From contig OZ253470.1 in assembly GCA_965261735.1 (NCBI GenBank), positions 1,152,001 through 1,216,000 of the forward strand: a stretch of DNA of 64,000 bases. Direction: 5' to 3'. The first letter of the stretch is position 1. The number at the start of each line of letters is the position of its first letter. The notes under the pieces were generated by a model, which saw only the letters and a program-made list of their open reading frames with translations, was not told where the DNA came from and searched no databases. The stretch comes from Alphaproteobacteria bacterium. Its GTDB lineage: Bacteria > Pseudomonadota > Alphaproteobacteria > SHVV01. A program made the position numbers and the translations under genes. Positions 20,215 through 31,207 of the stretch are shown piece by piece.

Positions 20215-20241
20215 GCGACGCGACGCGACGCGACGCGACGC
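20215..20241. repeat. Pentanucleotide tandem repeat (GCGAC)x5
   Basis: Read directly; it abuts the RBS of the minus-strand PrpD operon. Confidence 0.9.
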
Positions 20242-20459
20242 CCTATTGGCGTTCGCCCACCACAGATGTCAAGCGTCGCGGGGCGGAGTCGATCACCGCG
20301 GGCCCGCGCTCCTGCCGTCGTTTCGTTGTGACGACCCGCCGCGGACGCCGAAGCGCATTGTGGTATCGTTGCGCCCAGGCCGACGGCAGGGACCTGTCCG
20401 GGCGAACACCCGGTGCTGAGGCCAGTTAGGCGGCCTGTAGGCAAGGGGTCAGAAGGCAG

Positions 20460-20717
20460 TTGTTGGGACACCGGAAACGCCCTTCGGGGTTGGTCGCCAT
20501 GCTCGCATGCTGTCTCGCTGTGTCGGGCGCGCTCGGCGCCGGCACAGCATTGGCGGAGGCTAATCCGGCGGCACCCACAGGCCAGTACGAGGAAGCGCTG
20601 GTCCGCTTCAATGCCAGCGATTTCGAGGCGGCCATCATCCACCTCAAGAACACGCTCCAGGCCGACCCCGACGACTTGGCGGCGCGCATCCTCATCGCCA
20701 GGGCCTATCTCGGGATC
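20460..20717 (+). pseudogene. TPR protein N-terminus resembling PEP-CTERM system PrsT, truncated by an IS
   Basis: Signal peptide, then AAIIHLKNTLQADPDDLAARILIARAYL; sequence switches to an IS3-like end at about 20718. Confidence 0.65.
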
Positions 20718-20830
20718 TGTCTGACGTCAGCGCCTTTGGGACAAATTGAGGTAATTGCATAACGGAGGATTTCTGGCTCATCGTAGTGACCGAAGGGAAC
20801 GAAGATGAGACAGAAATCAATGAGCAAGAA
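20718..20830 (+). mobile_element. IS3-family left end with the first orfA codons (MRQKSMSKK), cut by IS256
   Basis: TGT-initiated end, ATAACGGAGGATTTCTGGCTCATCGTAG leader and MRQKS start resemble alphaproteobacterial IS3 elements (from recall). Confidence 0.55.
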
Positions 20831-22200
20831 GGCTGTGTCTCGAAAGTGGTGGAAATTTGAGGATGGCGTAATCTCCGGGTGACAAGACAACCACCCAATC
20901 GGCGGCTAGCACCGCCAAGGAGATCACGCCATGAAGAACACTACCGAGACTTCCGCGCTTTCGCTACTGGCCAATGACGCCGGCTATGATCCGCTCGAGG
21001 ACCGGCTGCGGGAGAACATCAGATCCACGATCGAGGCCGTTTTTGAGGAGGAACTTGCGCAGTTTCTCGGGCGCTGCCGATACGGTCGAGAGGACGCGCT
21101 TCGGCAAGGGTATCGGAACGGGCACCGGGAGCGGCAACTGACGGGGACATTCGGGACCGAGAGGGTGAGCGTGCCGCGTGCGCGGATCGTTGAGGAAGAC
21201 GGTCGGGCGTCGGAATGGCGTTCGCGGGCGCTGCCGCGCTACCAGCGGCTGACCAGAAAGGCCGAGGCGCTGATCGCTTCGGTGTATCTGTCCGGAACCA
21301 ACACGCGGCGGGTGAAACGCGCGCTGTTCGGGCTCTTCCGGGGTGCTGTGAGCAAGGACGTTGTGAGCCGGGCGTGGCGCAAGGTGAAGGTCGATTGGGA
21401 CGCCTGGTGCAGCCGTGGCCTCGCGGATGAGGATATCGTTCGGCTGATCCTTGACGGCACTGTGATCAAGACCCGACTGGACCGCAAGGCCACCAACATC
21501 TCGGTTCTCGCGGCTATAGGGGTGCGCCGGGATGGCCAGAAGGTCTTGCTTTCGATCGGGAATATGGGCGGAGAAAGCCAGGCGGCGTGGCGCCAGTTCC
21601 TCGACGACCTTGATGCGCGTGGACTGAAACGGCCCGGGTTTGTCATCGTCGATGGCGCGCCGGGACTGGAGGCGGCTCTGTCGGCGCTTTGGGGCGATGA
21701 CCTTCCCGTTCAACGCTGCACCGTGCACAAGCACCGCAACCTTCTGGGTCATGCTCCCAAACACATGCATGACGAGCTGAGCGAAGATTACCGCGATATG
21801 ATCTATGCCGACACTGCCTCCGAGGTGGAAACCCGCCGCAAGGCGTTTGTCCGCAAGTGGCGGCTGAAATGCAGGGCCGTCGCGGACAGCCTCGCAGAAG
21901 CGGGCGACAAGCTCTTTACCTTCACGCGCCTGTCCAAGAGCCAATGGAAATCAGCCCGAACGACCAACGCCATTGAGCGTCTCAACGAGGAGTTCAAGCG
22001 CCGGATCAAAACACAGACCGTGCTGCCGTGTCCCGAAACAGTGCCGATGCTCCTCTGGGCACTCCTCGCTTCCGGCCAAATCCAGATGCGCAAAGTCGAT
22101 GGATGGGAAACCCTCGATCAGCTAATCGCCGACGAAACCCTTGACCGCGCAGCCTGACCGCCGCAAAACTCAACCCGCTCGGAGAGGCGCCAAAACCAAT
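20831..22200 (+). mobile_element. IS256-family element type A, copy 1; intact transposase 20931-22157, right IR missing
   Basis: Near-identical to 25206-26599; LDG..DG..QRC.VH..NAIERLN motifs; identity stops at 22200. Confidence 0.93.
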
Positions 22201-22214
22201 CGCGATTATCAACT

Positions 22215-22318
22215 AATACAATGACGCAAACCCAAAACCCTTCATCTGGAAAGCCGACCCCGATCATATCATCGTCGCACGAAACAGAGGGTTCCAAACG
22301 TTGGAATCAATCCACTAG
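22215..22318 (+). mobile_element. IS630 3'-end fragment
   Basis: Near-identical to the terminal ~100 bp of the IS630 copies at 44669 and 49768, ending CAATCCACTAG. Confidence 0.9.
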
Positions 22319-22342
22319 GTGCCGCTCGACGGAGGCAAGACG

Positions 22343-22738
22343 ATGGCGGCAACGATATTCCACATGGTCGCCGGTGCGCCCAGCCCCGTGGCACCGTTCA
22401 GCCACGCGGTCGAGGTCGACGGCTGGGTTCTGGTCACCGGACAGATGCCCAACGATCCTACCGACGAAGCCGCGCCCCTGCCGCCGACCGTGGAAGAGCA
22501 GACGCGCAACGTGATGCGCAACCTATCGATCGTCTTGGATTCGCTCGGCCTCGGCCTCGAGCATGTCGTCATGGCGCGAGTTTATCTGACCCATTTCCGG
22601 GAAGACTACGAGCGGATGAATGCGGTCTACAGGTCCTATTTCGCCGAGGGCAGGCTCCCAGCCCGGACCTGTATCGGGGTTACCGGCCTTGCGCTCGACG
22701 CCCGGATTGAGATCGACCTTTTGGTGAGGCGCCCTTGA
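22343..22738 (+). CDS. RidA/YjgF family protein
   Basis: PFSHAV, TGQ, MNAVY, PARTC, IEID motifs; GGAGG RBS. Confidence 0.92.
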   Translation: MAATIFHMVAGAPSPVAPFSHAVEVDGWVLVTGQMPNDPTDEAAPLPPTVEEQTRNVMRNLSIVLDSLGLGLEHVVMARVYLTHFREDYERMNAVYRSYFAEGRLPARTCIGVTGLALDARIEIDLLVRRP

Positions 22739-22934
22739 AGGCGTCGGCGGCTGCGGTGCCCGGCGACACGAGAGACGCCCCGGAGCCCGAAGGCGTGCGC
22801 GAATTTGGCCTGTTCGGCGGCGCTCGATGCACACGAGACCTGTGGTGCCAGAACCACGAAACCCGCCGATCAGACGAAATCAACGTGTCCAACGGGCTCA
22901 GGCTGCAAAGCCCCCATCAAGGCCCGACTGAAGC

Positions 22935-22956
22935 GGCTTTTTCCGCAGCCTGCTAG
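22935..22956. mobile_element. Solitary IS5-like terminal IR followed by CTAG
   Basis: GGCTTTTTCCGCAGCCTG matches 16/18 of the IR of the IS5 element at 38868-38885. Confidence 0.5.
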
Positions 22957-22979
22957 TGGCATTCCTCCCGTGATGCAGA

Positions 22980-24851
22980 TCAGAAAGCGATCTGCAATCC
23001 GAGGTTCAGCTGGTGACCCCCGCGTGACCTGTGTCCGTAACGCCCGGAGTAACCGACAACAGCGACCGTTCGCTCGCCCAAACTTGCGGAAACACCGACA
23101 TCGGCGCTCAGCCACTGCCCAGGTGGCACGAAGCCCGAAGCGGTGAAACGTCCCGGCATGGTATTGGAGCCGGCCGTGACCCAAACGGGGCTGTCGTTCA
23201 GTTCTCTCTCATGCGCGACCCCGGCGTAAGGACGAAACGTCACGCCGCCCAGGTGCGTGTTTCCCGTGATCCGATAGCCGCCGCGGACGACGAGGGACCC
23301 ACGATCAAAGCCGGAGAAGTTCATCGCGGTGGATGAGCTTCCGCGTTCGCGGTAGCCGTCTATTTCTTGATTGAGCCAGGAGACCCCCAGCGCCAGCACA
23401 TGACGGGACGTCTCCAGATCCCAAAGGGTCCAGCCGAGATCGATATCGACCCCGAACTGACCTGCCGTCGTGGAACCGTGCTCGGTGCGCATTGCCGGTC
23501 CAAGGGCAATCGAACGCTCGATGTCCACCTGGCTTCTGCCCAGGTTCAGCGAACCGCTCAGGTCTAGGCGGCCTTGACGCCATGCCCCGTGGACCGAGCC
23601 GACGACTGTGTTGCTCTCGAGAACCGCGCCCGAAACGTCATTGTCGTGGCGGCCGACGCTCAGTGCGGCGCCCCACCAACGGCTGGTTGCCACACGCTGG
23701 CTGGCTCCCAGGGTGATCGCTTGCACGTCGGCCCGCGCTTTTCCAAGACGCGGCAGGGCATCCAACCCGCGTTTGCCCAAGTGTCCCGCCGTGTAGCCGC
23801 GCCAACTCCCGACCGCGCGCTCAAGCCCTAAATCCGACATTTGCTCGCGCGACACCACGTGTCGGTGCGTAGCGACCGCGTCGACACCCGCCTCCCCGGC
23901 GAGCGAAACCTGAACTGGGGCCGCGAGGATTGACGTCACCACACTGGCGACTATCTCGTGGGCCGCTCCGCTGGGGTGCTTGTCATCCGCAAACAAATGG
24001 CTCCGGTTGGTGCCGGGGTCATAGGTTACGCGAGAGCTGGAGCCTGATGGGCCGCATACAGGTAACCTCTCGCTCGGGGAACAGGCCGCTCCATGAACAT
24101 TGGTGAAGCCGTAGGTCGTGGGGTCTTGGAGAACCTCCCCGAACAGGGCGAAGGTGTTGATCGGAACGATTCCCGCATCGAGCGAACGAAAGCCCGCGTC
24201 GAGCTCCTCGTTGTAAAGGGTCACGAGAGCGGTAAGCGCGGCCGGAATTCTCGGATCGCCGGCGCGACGTGCAAACGGCGTCTCGCCCGCATCGACCAAG
24301 TTGAAGACCACGACATGGCGAGCGCCGGCCTCTTGAAGACGCCGGATATGATCTGTATAGGCGCGAGCCGCCGCCAGAGTGGCGGCTCGAGGATTAACCG
24401 CTCGGACACCAGGACTGGTACTTGCGGCAGCCTCGGCGACGGCCAACACATCGTTCGCGCCGCCCCAAACGGCATAAAGGGCGTCCGGGTCGGCCGCCCC
24501 CGAGGGCCGTGAGGAAAGATATTGATCGATCTGCTGACCGATCCCCGGCACAGGAACAGTGCACGGACTGTCCGGATTTACACAGGCGCCACCAAAGGCG
24601 TGGTTTGACCCACCGCTGAGCGAATGTAGCCCTGGCGAGCGGAAGGTATGCGCGACGATCCTCGCCCAGACCGGATCGGGATTGGTGGTAAAGCTGCTCC
24701 CTGTTGGCAAACCCAACGCATGAGCGATATTGCCGGAATCGCTCAGGCTGTCTCCGAACACGACAAACGAACTGTATTCCTGCGCCCGAATCCCAGCCGC
24801 GTAGCCGACAACCGCGACGAGAACCCAGAGAACGTGGAAATTACGAAGCAT
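22980..24851 (-). CDS. estA: GDSL esterase autotransporter (EstA-like)
   Basis: Signal peptide, FGDSLSD, GAND, DDKHP, C-terminal beta-barrel ending in Phe. Confidence 0.9.
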   Translation of the reverse strand: MLRNFHVLWVLVAVVGYAAGIRAQEYSSFVVFGDSLSDSGNIAHALGLPTGSSFTTNPDPVWARIVAHTFRSPGLHSLSGGSNHAFGGACVNPDSPCTVPVPGIGQQIDQYLSSRPSGAADPDALYAVWGGANDVLAVAEAAASTSPGVRAVNPRAATLAAARAYTDHIRRLQEAGARHVVVFNLVDAGETPFARRAGDPRIPAALTALVTLYNEELDAGFRSLDAGIVPINTFALFGEVLQDPTTYGFTNVHGAACSPSERLPVCGPSGSSSRVTYDPGTNRSHLFADDKHPSGAAHEIVASVVTSILAAPVQVSLAGEAGVDAVATHRHVVSREQMSDLGLERAVGSWRGYTAGHLGKRGLDALPRLGKARADVQAITLGASQRVATSRWWGAALSVGRHDNDVSGAVLESNTVVGSVHGAWRQGRLDLSGSLNLGRSQVDIERSIALGPAMRTEHGSTTAGQFGVDIDLGWTLWDLETSRHVLALGVSWLNQEIDGYRERGSSSTAMNFSGFDRGSLVVRGGYRITGNTHLGGVTFRPYAGVAHERELNDSPVWVTAGSNTMPGRFTASGFVPPGQWLSADVGVSASLGERTVAVVGYSGRYGHRSRGGHQLNLGLQIAF

Positions 24852-24864
24852 CGGAAGTTTCTTC

Positions 24865-27388
24865 CTTGCCTATCCGGTTTACACCCACACCCACTAGGGC
24901 TAGAATGGGCGCAACCCGGATATAGGGGAGCGCGCCATGGATGTTCTCGACCGCGCCGATCTCCCATTCCCGCATTCGCTACCCGAGTTCCAGCGACTTT
25001 TCCCCGATGATGCGGCCTGCGCCGCCTACCTGGAGAAAGCCCACTGGGGAGACGGCTTTGCCTGCCCGCACTGCGGCACGGCGGGAGAGCCGTTCCACTT
25101 TGAAAACCGCCCTGGCGTCCTGCGCTGCCGCAAGTGCCGCCAGAACACCGGGCTGACGGTGGGAACAGTGATGGAGCGTAGCCACACTCCGCTGAACGTC
25201 TGGTTGGTTGTGTCTCGAAAGTGGTGGAAATTGGTTTTGGCGCCTCTCCGAGCGGGTTGAGTTTTGCGGCGGTCAGGCTGCGCGGTCAAGGGTTTCGTCG
25301 GCGATTAGCTGATCGAGGGTTTCCCATCCATCGACTTTGCGCATCTGGATTTGGCCGGAAGCGAGGAGTGCCCAGAGGAGCATCGGCACTGTTTCGGGAC
25401 ACGGCAGCACGGTCTGTGTTTTGATCCGGCGCTTGAACTCCTCGTTGAGACGCTCAATGGCGTTGGTCGTTCGGGCTGATTTCCATTGGCTCTTGGACAG
25501 GCGCGTGAAGGTAAAGAGCTTGTCGCCCGCTTCTGCGAGGCTGTCCGCGACGGCCCTGCATTTCAGCCGCCACTTGCGGACAAACGCCTTGCGGCGGGTT
25601 TCCACCTCGGAGGCAGTGTCGGCATAGATCATATCGCGGTAATCTTCGCTCAGCTCGTCATGCATGTGTTTGGGAGCATGACCCAGAAGGTTGCGGTGCT
25701 TGTGCACGGTGCAGCGTTGAACGGGAAGGTCATCGCCCCAAAGCGCCGACAGAGCCGCCTCCAGTCCCGGCGCGCCATCGACGATGACAAACCCGGGCCG
25801 TTTCAGTCCACGCGCATCAAGGTCGTCGAGGAACTGGCGCCACGCCGCCTGGCTTTCTCCGCCCATATTCCCGATCGAAAGCAAGACCTTCTGGCCATCC
25901 CGGCGCACCCCTATAGCCGCGAGAACCGAGATGTTGGTGGCCTTGCGGTCCAGTCGGGTCTTGATCACAGTGCCGTCAAGGATCAGCCGAACGATATCCT
26001 CATCCGCGAGGCCACGGCTGCACCAGGCGTCCCAATCGACCTTCACCTTGCGCCACGCCCGGCTCACAACGTCCTTGCTCACAGCACCCCGGAAGAGCCC
26101 GAACAGCGCGCGTTTCACCCGCCGCGTGTTGGTTCCGGACAGATACACCGAAGCGATCAGCGCCTCGGCCTTTCTGGTCAGCCGCTGGTAGCGCGGCAGC
26201 GCCCGCGAACGCCATTCCGACGCCCGACCGTCTTCCTCAACGATCCGCGCACGCGGCACGCTCACCCTCTCGGTCCCGAATGTCCCCGTCAGTTGCCGCT
26301 CCCGGTGCCCGTTCCGATACCCTTGCCGAAGCGCGTCCTCTCGACCGTATCGGCAGCGCCCGAGAAACTGCGCAAGTTCCTCCTCAAAAACGGCCTCGAT
26401 CGTGGATCTGATGTTCTCCCGCAGCCGGTCCTCGAGCGGATCATAGCCGGCGTCATTGGCCAGTAGCGAAAGCGCGGAAGTCTCGGTAGTGTTCTTCATG
26501 GCGTGATCTCCTTGGCGGTGCTAGCCGCCGATTGGGTGGTTGTCTTGTCACCCGGAGATTACGCCATCCTCAAATTTCCACCACTTTCGAGACACAGCCG
26601 CCACACTCCGCTGAACGTCTGGTTCTGGGCCGCTTATCTGGTCGCCAGTCAGACGCCCGGCATGTCCGCCGTGCAGTTTCAGCGGCAACTTGGTCTTTCG
26701 CGCTACGAGACGGCCTTTCAAATTCTCCACAAGCTCCGCTCGGGCATGGTGCGGCCCAACCAAGACAGGATCGGTGGACAGCCCAAGAACCATGTTGAGG
26801 TGGACGAAACCTGGGTTGGCGGGCGAACGCGTGGGGAAGGCCGTGGTGTTCACCACAAGGTTCCCGTCTCCTGTGCCATCGAGGTGCGTCATCGAAAGCC
26901 GGGCACCAAGCTCGACAACCGGAAAGACGGACGCTATGCCGGACGCGTTCGGCTCGCCGTCGTGCTCGACCGTAGCGCCGAGTCGCTCTGTGGGTTCGTC
27001 GAGAGCACCGTCGCGCCGCGATCGCTGATCGTTACTGACGATTGGAGCGGCTATGCTGGCCTCGGGAAGCGCGGCTATGAGCACTTCGCTGTTGCCGAGT
27101 GTGGTGATCCAGAGGTTGCCGAGCAATACCTGCCGATCATCCATCTGGTTTTCGCCAACCTGAAGACGTGGCTGATCGGTATCCACCACGGCGTTAGCCA
27201 CCAGCACCTACAAGCCTACCTCAACGAGTTCACCTTCCGCTTCAACAGGCGGTTCTACCCGTTCAACGCCTTCCGCTCATTGCTCGGCATCGCGGGCGAC
27301 ACCTCTGCTCCAACCTATGCCGAGCTTTACTCGGGAGAGTGGCGGCACCCTACATGTAGCGGTCATGGGCGTTAACCGGATAGACAAG
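24865..27388 (+). mobile_element. IS1595-family element (probably ISSod11 group), copy 1, interrupted by IS256-A
   Basis: IRs CTTGCCTATCCGGTT/AACCGGATAGACAAG; 8-bp DR GTTTCTTC at 24857-24864 and 27389-27396; CPHC..CRKC zinc ribbon, VDET, TDDW, IHL. Confidence 0.92.
25206..26599 (-). mobile_element. IS256-family element type A, copy 2 (transposase 25273-26499)
   Basis: Both IRs GG(C/T)TGTGTCTCGAAAGTGGTGGAAATT present; intact 408-aa ORF. Confidence 0.96.
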
Positions 27389-27667
27389 GTTTCTTCTTGT
27401 GTCTTGAGCAGTATCCGGCTGGCGCGGCGTCAACCAGCGAGAACGTCAATTCGGCCTCCGGCTCGCGATCCCTGTCCGAACTGCCCAGGCCGGCGTGCAG
27501 CCGGTCCATCGCGGCTCCGGCGGCGGCCTGCGCCCCCCGGACTGCCGGCCCGCCGGAACAGCGCTCCATCTTGGCGAGCTTCGCCCTGAGTTCCCCGTCA
27601 TCGACCATCGCAAACCGCCAGACCGGATAGGACCTCCGACAATACCATCGAACTCCAGCCTCGCTGT

Positions 27668-27824
27668 CTATGCCAAGATCGTGGCAAGGCGGGCGAGCAC
27701 CTCATCCATGATCGGCTCCGGGACGGTTTCGAGGCGTTTCCCGTTCCGGGCGGCAAGATCGAGGACGCGAGGCTGGTCGCAGCGGATCACCCCGGTCGTC
27801 CGGATGCCTGCGTCGTTGAACGAG
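27668..27824 (-). pseudogene. PemK/MazF-type toxin C-terminal remnant
   Basis: TTGVIRCDQPRVLDLAARNGKRLETVPEPIMDEVLARL; N-terminus replaced by an IS3 end. Confidence 0.7.
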
Positions 27825-27975
27825 TGACGTTGCTCCCGGATCCCGGACCAGGCGGTAAATTGAGTACCGACCTGGAGGGACGAGATGACAAAGCAGACGA
27901 GGCGGCGATTTTCGCGGGAATACATGGAACGGTCGGTTGCCCGGCTGTCGGAGTCGGGTGCGACGCAGGCGCAGA
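27825..27975 (+). mobile_element. IS3-family left end and orfA fragment
   Basis: TG-initiated end, then MTKQTRRRFSREY..SV.RL (typical orfA start) at 27885; right boundary approximate. Confidence 0.55.
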
Positions 27976-28193
27976 AGATAACCCCGTTCCGCTTGGGCCG
28001 CATCCGCTGGGTGACGCGCAGGGACATGACCTTGCGGGGCTCCTTGCGCCAGCCCTTCTTCGACTGCCTGTTGTCGCGGCAGGGCCGGATGTCGCCGGTT
28101 GCGAGCGACTGGGACCGCTCTATGAGATAGCGCTTGTTGTCGAGGCCGTGGCCGAATATGTGGGTCCGGTTCACTTTATCCCGGTTCCGGACT

Positions 28194-29828
28194 GGGTGTG
28201 GGTCTGGTATGGAGAATCTAAGTCATTGATTTAGTGCGTTTTTGTGTCGAGACGAACGGCCGAAAACGGCTATTCGTGACAATGGGCCGCTCCAAGGCAG
28301 GATTTTGTCACGACGGCAGGGTCGAGCAGGGGAAGGTGGGAACGCTCCGCACCGCCAGAAGCGGTACGATGCCGTGTCTCGAAACCCAACATCGGGAGCA
28401 TTCCCATGGCAGTATCCCGCCTCCGGCGCCTTCGTCCATCGATCTTTCCGGCCTGCCTCCTCGGGTCGTCGAGGCGGCCGCCCGGGTGCTCGCACTGTGT
28501 CGCGAGGAGCTTCGTTCCGAGCCGCGCCCCGAGGCGCCCGAGGAGGTCGAGTTGCGGGTGCGTGAGGCCACGAACGAGTTCGCTCGCGATGTCATGGGCG
28601 CCGTCATCGAGAACCGGGACGATGGCGCTTCCCGGATCGAGCGGGACGGGCAGAGCTGGTTCCGGGTCGCGGTGACGCCGAAGACGATCATGACCTCGCT
28701 CGCCTACCGGCGAGCGCGTTACCGCAGCGGCGCGAGCGGGGCATCGCCGGTGGCCGGTCGACGAGAGCCTGGGCCTCGTCGACGATTACCTGACGCGGCC
28801 GGCGGCCGAACTCGGTCTGCTGATGATGGGTCGCTGCACGGCCCGGGAAGCGGCGGCGTTCTTTGCGAAGACCGGCGCCATGACGCCGTCGGTGAGCGCC
28901 TGACCCTGAGCATGCACGAATGCTGGGAGAGCCTCGGCCCGGAGACGCTGGGCAGCATCCGTGAGGCCGAGGGCATACCGCAGGACGCGACCACCGCCTC
29001 GGTCTCCCTCGACGGCGTCATGGTGCCGCTGAGACCCGGCGAGGACGGTCGCGCCAAGGCCTCCTGGCGCGAGGCCGCCTGCGGCACGGTCTCCTTCCAC
29101 GACGCCGAGGGCAAGCGCCTGAAGACCCTCTATCTCGGCCCCATGCCGGAGAGCGGCAAGCTCACGCTGAAGGCGCAGCTTGCAAGCGAAGTCGCACACA
29201 TCAGGCGAGCACGCCCCGAGATCGGGATCGTCGCTATCGCCGATGGCGCCGCCGACAACTGGACCTTCCTGGAGACCCTGTCGCCCGAAACCGAGGTGAT
29301 CGACTTCTGGCATGCTTGCGAACATCTGCAAACCGCGTCCGACCATGCCGTGGCGCCCGGCTGGTTCGAGAAGTACCGCGAGATCCTCCGTCACGATCCC
29401 CGTGGCGTCGCCAAGGTGATCCGGGCGCTGCGCCACCTTCGCGATGCCGCCGCTGCGCCGGACCGGGCCGAGACCGAGCGGGAACTCGCCTTCTTCCGCA
29501 AGCATCGCCATCGCATGCGCTACCACGCCCTGAAGGAAGAGGGCATCGCCATCGGCTCAGGCGTGGTCGAGGCTGCCAACAAGATCCCTGGTGACACAGC
29601 GCATGAAGCGCTCCGGCATGCGCTGGCGGATCGTCGGCGGACAGGCTGTTCTGACCTTCCGCGCCCTGATCAAATCCGGCCGCTTCGAGCGCGCATGGAA
29701 GGCCCTGATCAGCGCAACCGACACACCGGCCAACGACAACATCAGTCCACGTGCAGCAGCCATGGCAATCGCTGCCTGAACTCAACGAACCAAGCCGCAG
29801 ACATCACTGCCATGCGAGACTCGCACCC
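28194..29828 (+). mobile_element. ISKra4-like element with frameshifted transposase
   Basis: Imperfect 19-bp IRs (GGGTGTGGGTCTGGTATGG vs GGGTGCGAGTCTCGCATGG); 8-bp DR TCCGGACT; SLDG, ADGA, DFWHACEHL, GSGVVEAANK, RMKRSGMRW motifs spread over several frames. Confidence 0.85.
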
Positions 29829-29891
29829 TCCGGACTGGTACATTATGCCGCCGTTGACGCAACGGACGAGGTGGGACTAAACCTTTGCGGC

Positions 29892-30602
29892 ATGAACCAT
29901 TCGTACGAACAAATCGAAGAGCTTCTGGCTCTCCTGAAGAGCCTTCAGGCGGAACACGGTGCGATGACGCCTGGGGAATTGGAAGGATATGTCACCGCGC
30001 TTATCGTCTGTCCCGAGACAATCCGGCTGTTTGAATGGCTGCCTGCGGTATGGGGCGACGAAGGCGCTGCCCCCTTCGGGGGCCTGTGGAAGGCGGAGGT
30101 GGCCTCGCGGATCGTCGCGAACCATTACAATCGGATATCCAAAAGTTTGTTTTACGACTCGGAGCAGTACGTGCCGCTCTACGGGGTCGACGATGACAGC
30201 GACGAGCCGTTGTGGGAGCCCTGGATCAGCGGCTTCGAGCGCGCGATGCGGATGCGCCCCGACGCATGGGAACGGGTTGTCGACAGCGGTGAGACTGAAG
30301 CCGCGGCGTCGGTCAACATGATCCTTGCATTGTCCGATATCGGCCAAGGCCAGTCGGATTTGGCGGAAGATGCCATCAAGGAAATGGACAGTATCGCCTT
30401 GGATTTGATCCCGGGCTTCGTTCAAACCCTGTATGTCTGGCCGGCATCGCGGCAGTCCGGGAACAGCGCGGGGACCGGGACCGGTGGCGAAGGGGGCTTT
30501 GGGTCGAACGTTTTACAGTTTCCCGGCCGTAAGGCGGATCGCGACACTCAGTGCCCGTGCGGTTCGGGCCGCACGTACAGGCGCTGCTGCGGTTCGAACT
30601 GA
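29892..30602 (+). CDS. UPF0149/YecA family protein with SEC-C motif
   Basis: ELEGYVTALIVCPE...WISGF...CPCGSGRTYRRCC. Confidence 0.85.
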   Translation: MNHSYEQIEELLALLKSLQAEHGAMTPGELEGYVTALIVCPETIRLFEWLPAVWGDEGAAPFGGLWKAEVASRIVANHYNRISKSLFYDSEQYVPLYGVDDDSDEPLWEPWISGFERAMRMRPDAWERVVDSGETEAAASVNMILALSDIGQGQSDLAEDAIKEMDSIALDLIPGFVQTLYVWPASRQSGNSAGTGTGGEGGFGSNVLQFPGRKADRDTQCPCGSGRTYRRCCGSN

Positions 30603-30857
30603 CGGGACCTGCGGGAATGGCGGGCGTGCGAATTTGCTGCCATCCGGGTTGCGAGAGCCGTTCGGTTATCCCGGCACGTCCGGCGTTGGCAATCCCGGCC
30701 GACTATGAACAGAAAAACATTCGTAACTGCCCAGATGGAATTATTCAGGCGTATTGCAACGGTCGCGCGGACGGTGCGGGGTGAGGCCCCTGAAAAGAGA
30801 ACCCGCCACGGCGAAGAGGCTGCTGCCTCCTAAATCGCCGGGAATGTTAACCCGGGA

Positions 30858-31052
30858 TCAAGCGCCTGCGGCCCTCTTCAGCGCTGCAGACGGCCGGAAC
30901 TTAAGAGCCTTGGAGGCTTTGATCCGGATCGCTTCGCCCGTTTGCGGATTGCGGCCTTTGCGCGCCGGGCGCTTGTCGACAATGCGTTTGGACTCGGCCT
31001 TGCTGATGTTGCCCCTCTTTGCGACATTCTCGATGAATGCGGCTCCGCTCAT
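30858..31052 (-). pseudogene. hup: HU DNA-binding protein with an internal in-frame deletion (64 aa)
   Basis: ARKGRNPQTGE.I.I.A...KF.PS..LK present; the segment from late helix 2 through GFGTF is absent. Confidence 0.75.
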
Positions 31053-31207
31053 GGTGTGGAGCTCCTTTTCGGTCACCGAATCGAAACGATCCTTGTAAGG
31101 ACACTGCATATAGTAGGGCTTTGGCCATATGTACACTAGGAATGGCTCAAAAGGGGATATTTCAATAAGATGTAGGGTGCGCCCCTCGTGGAGAGGGAGA
31201 GCGGGCG

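Noticed and set aside
27372-27608. ORF that would be in frame with estA once IS1595 is removed
   Set aside because: EstA has its own signal peptide at 24851; the upstream ORF looks like an unrelated degraded remnant, and frame agreement has a 1-in-3 chance.
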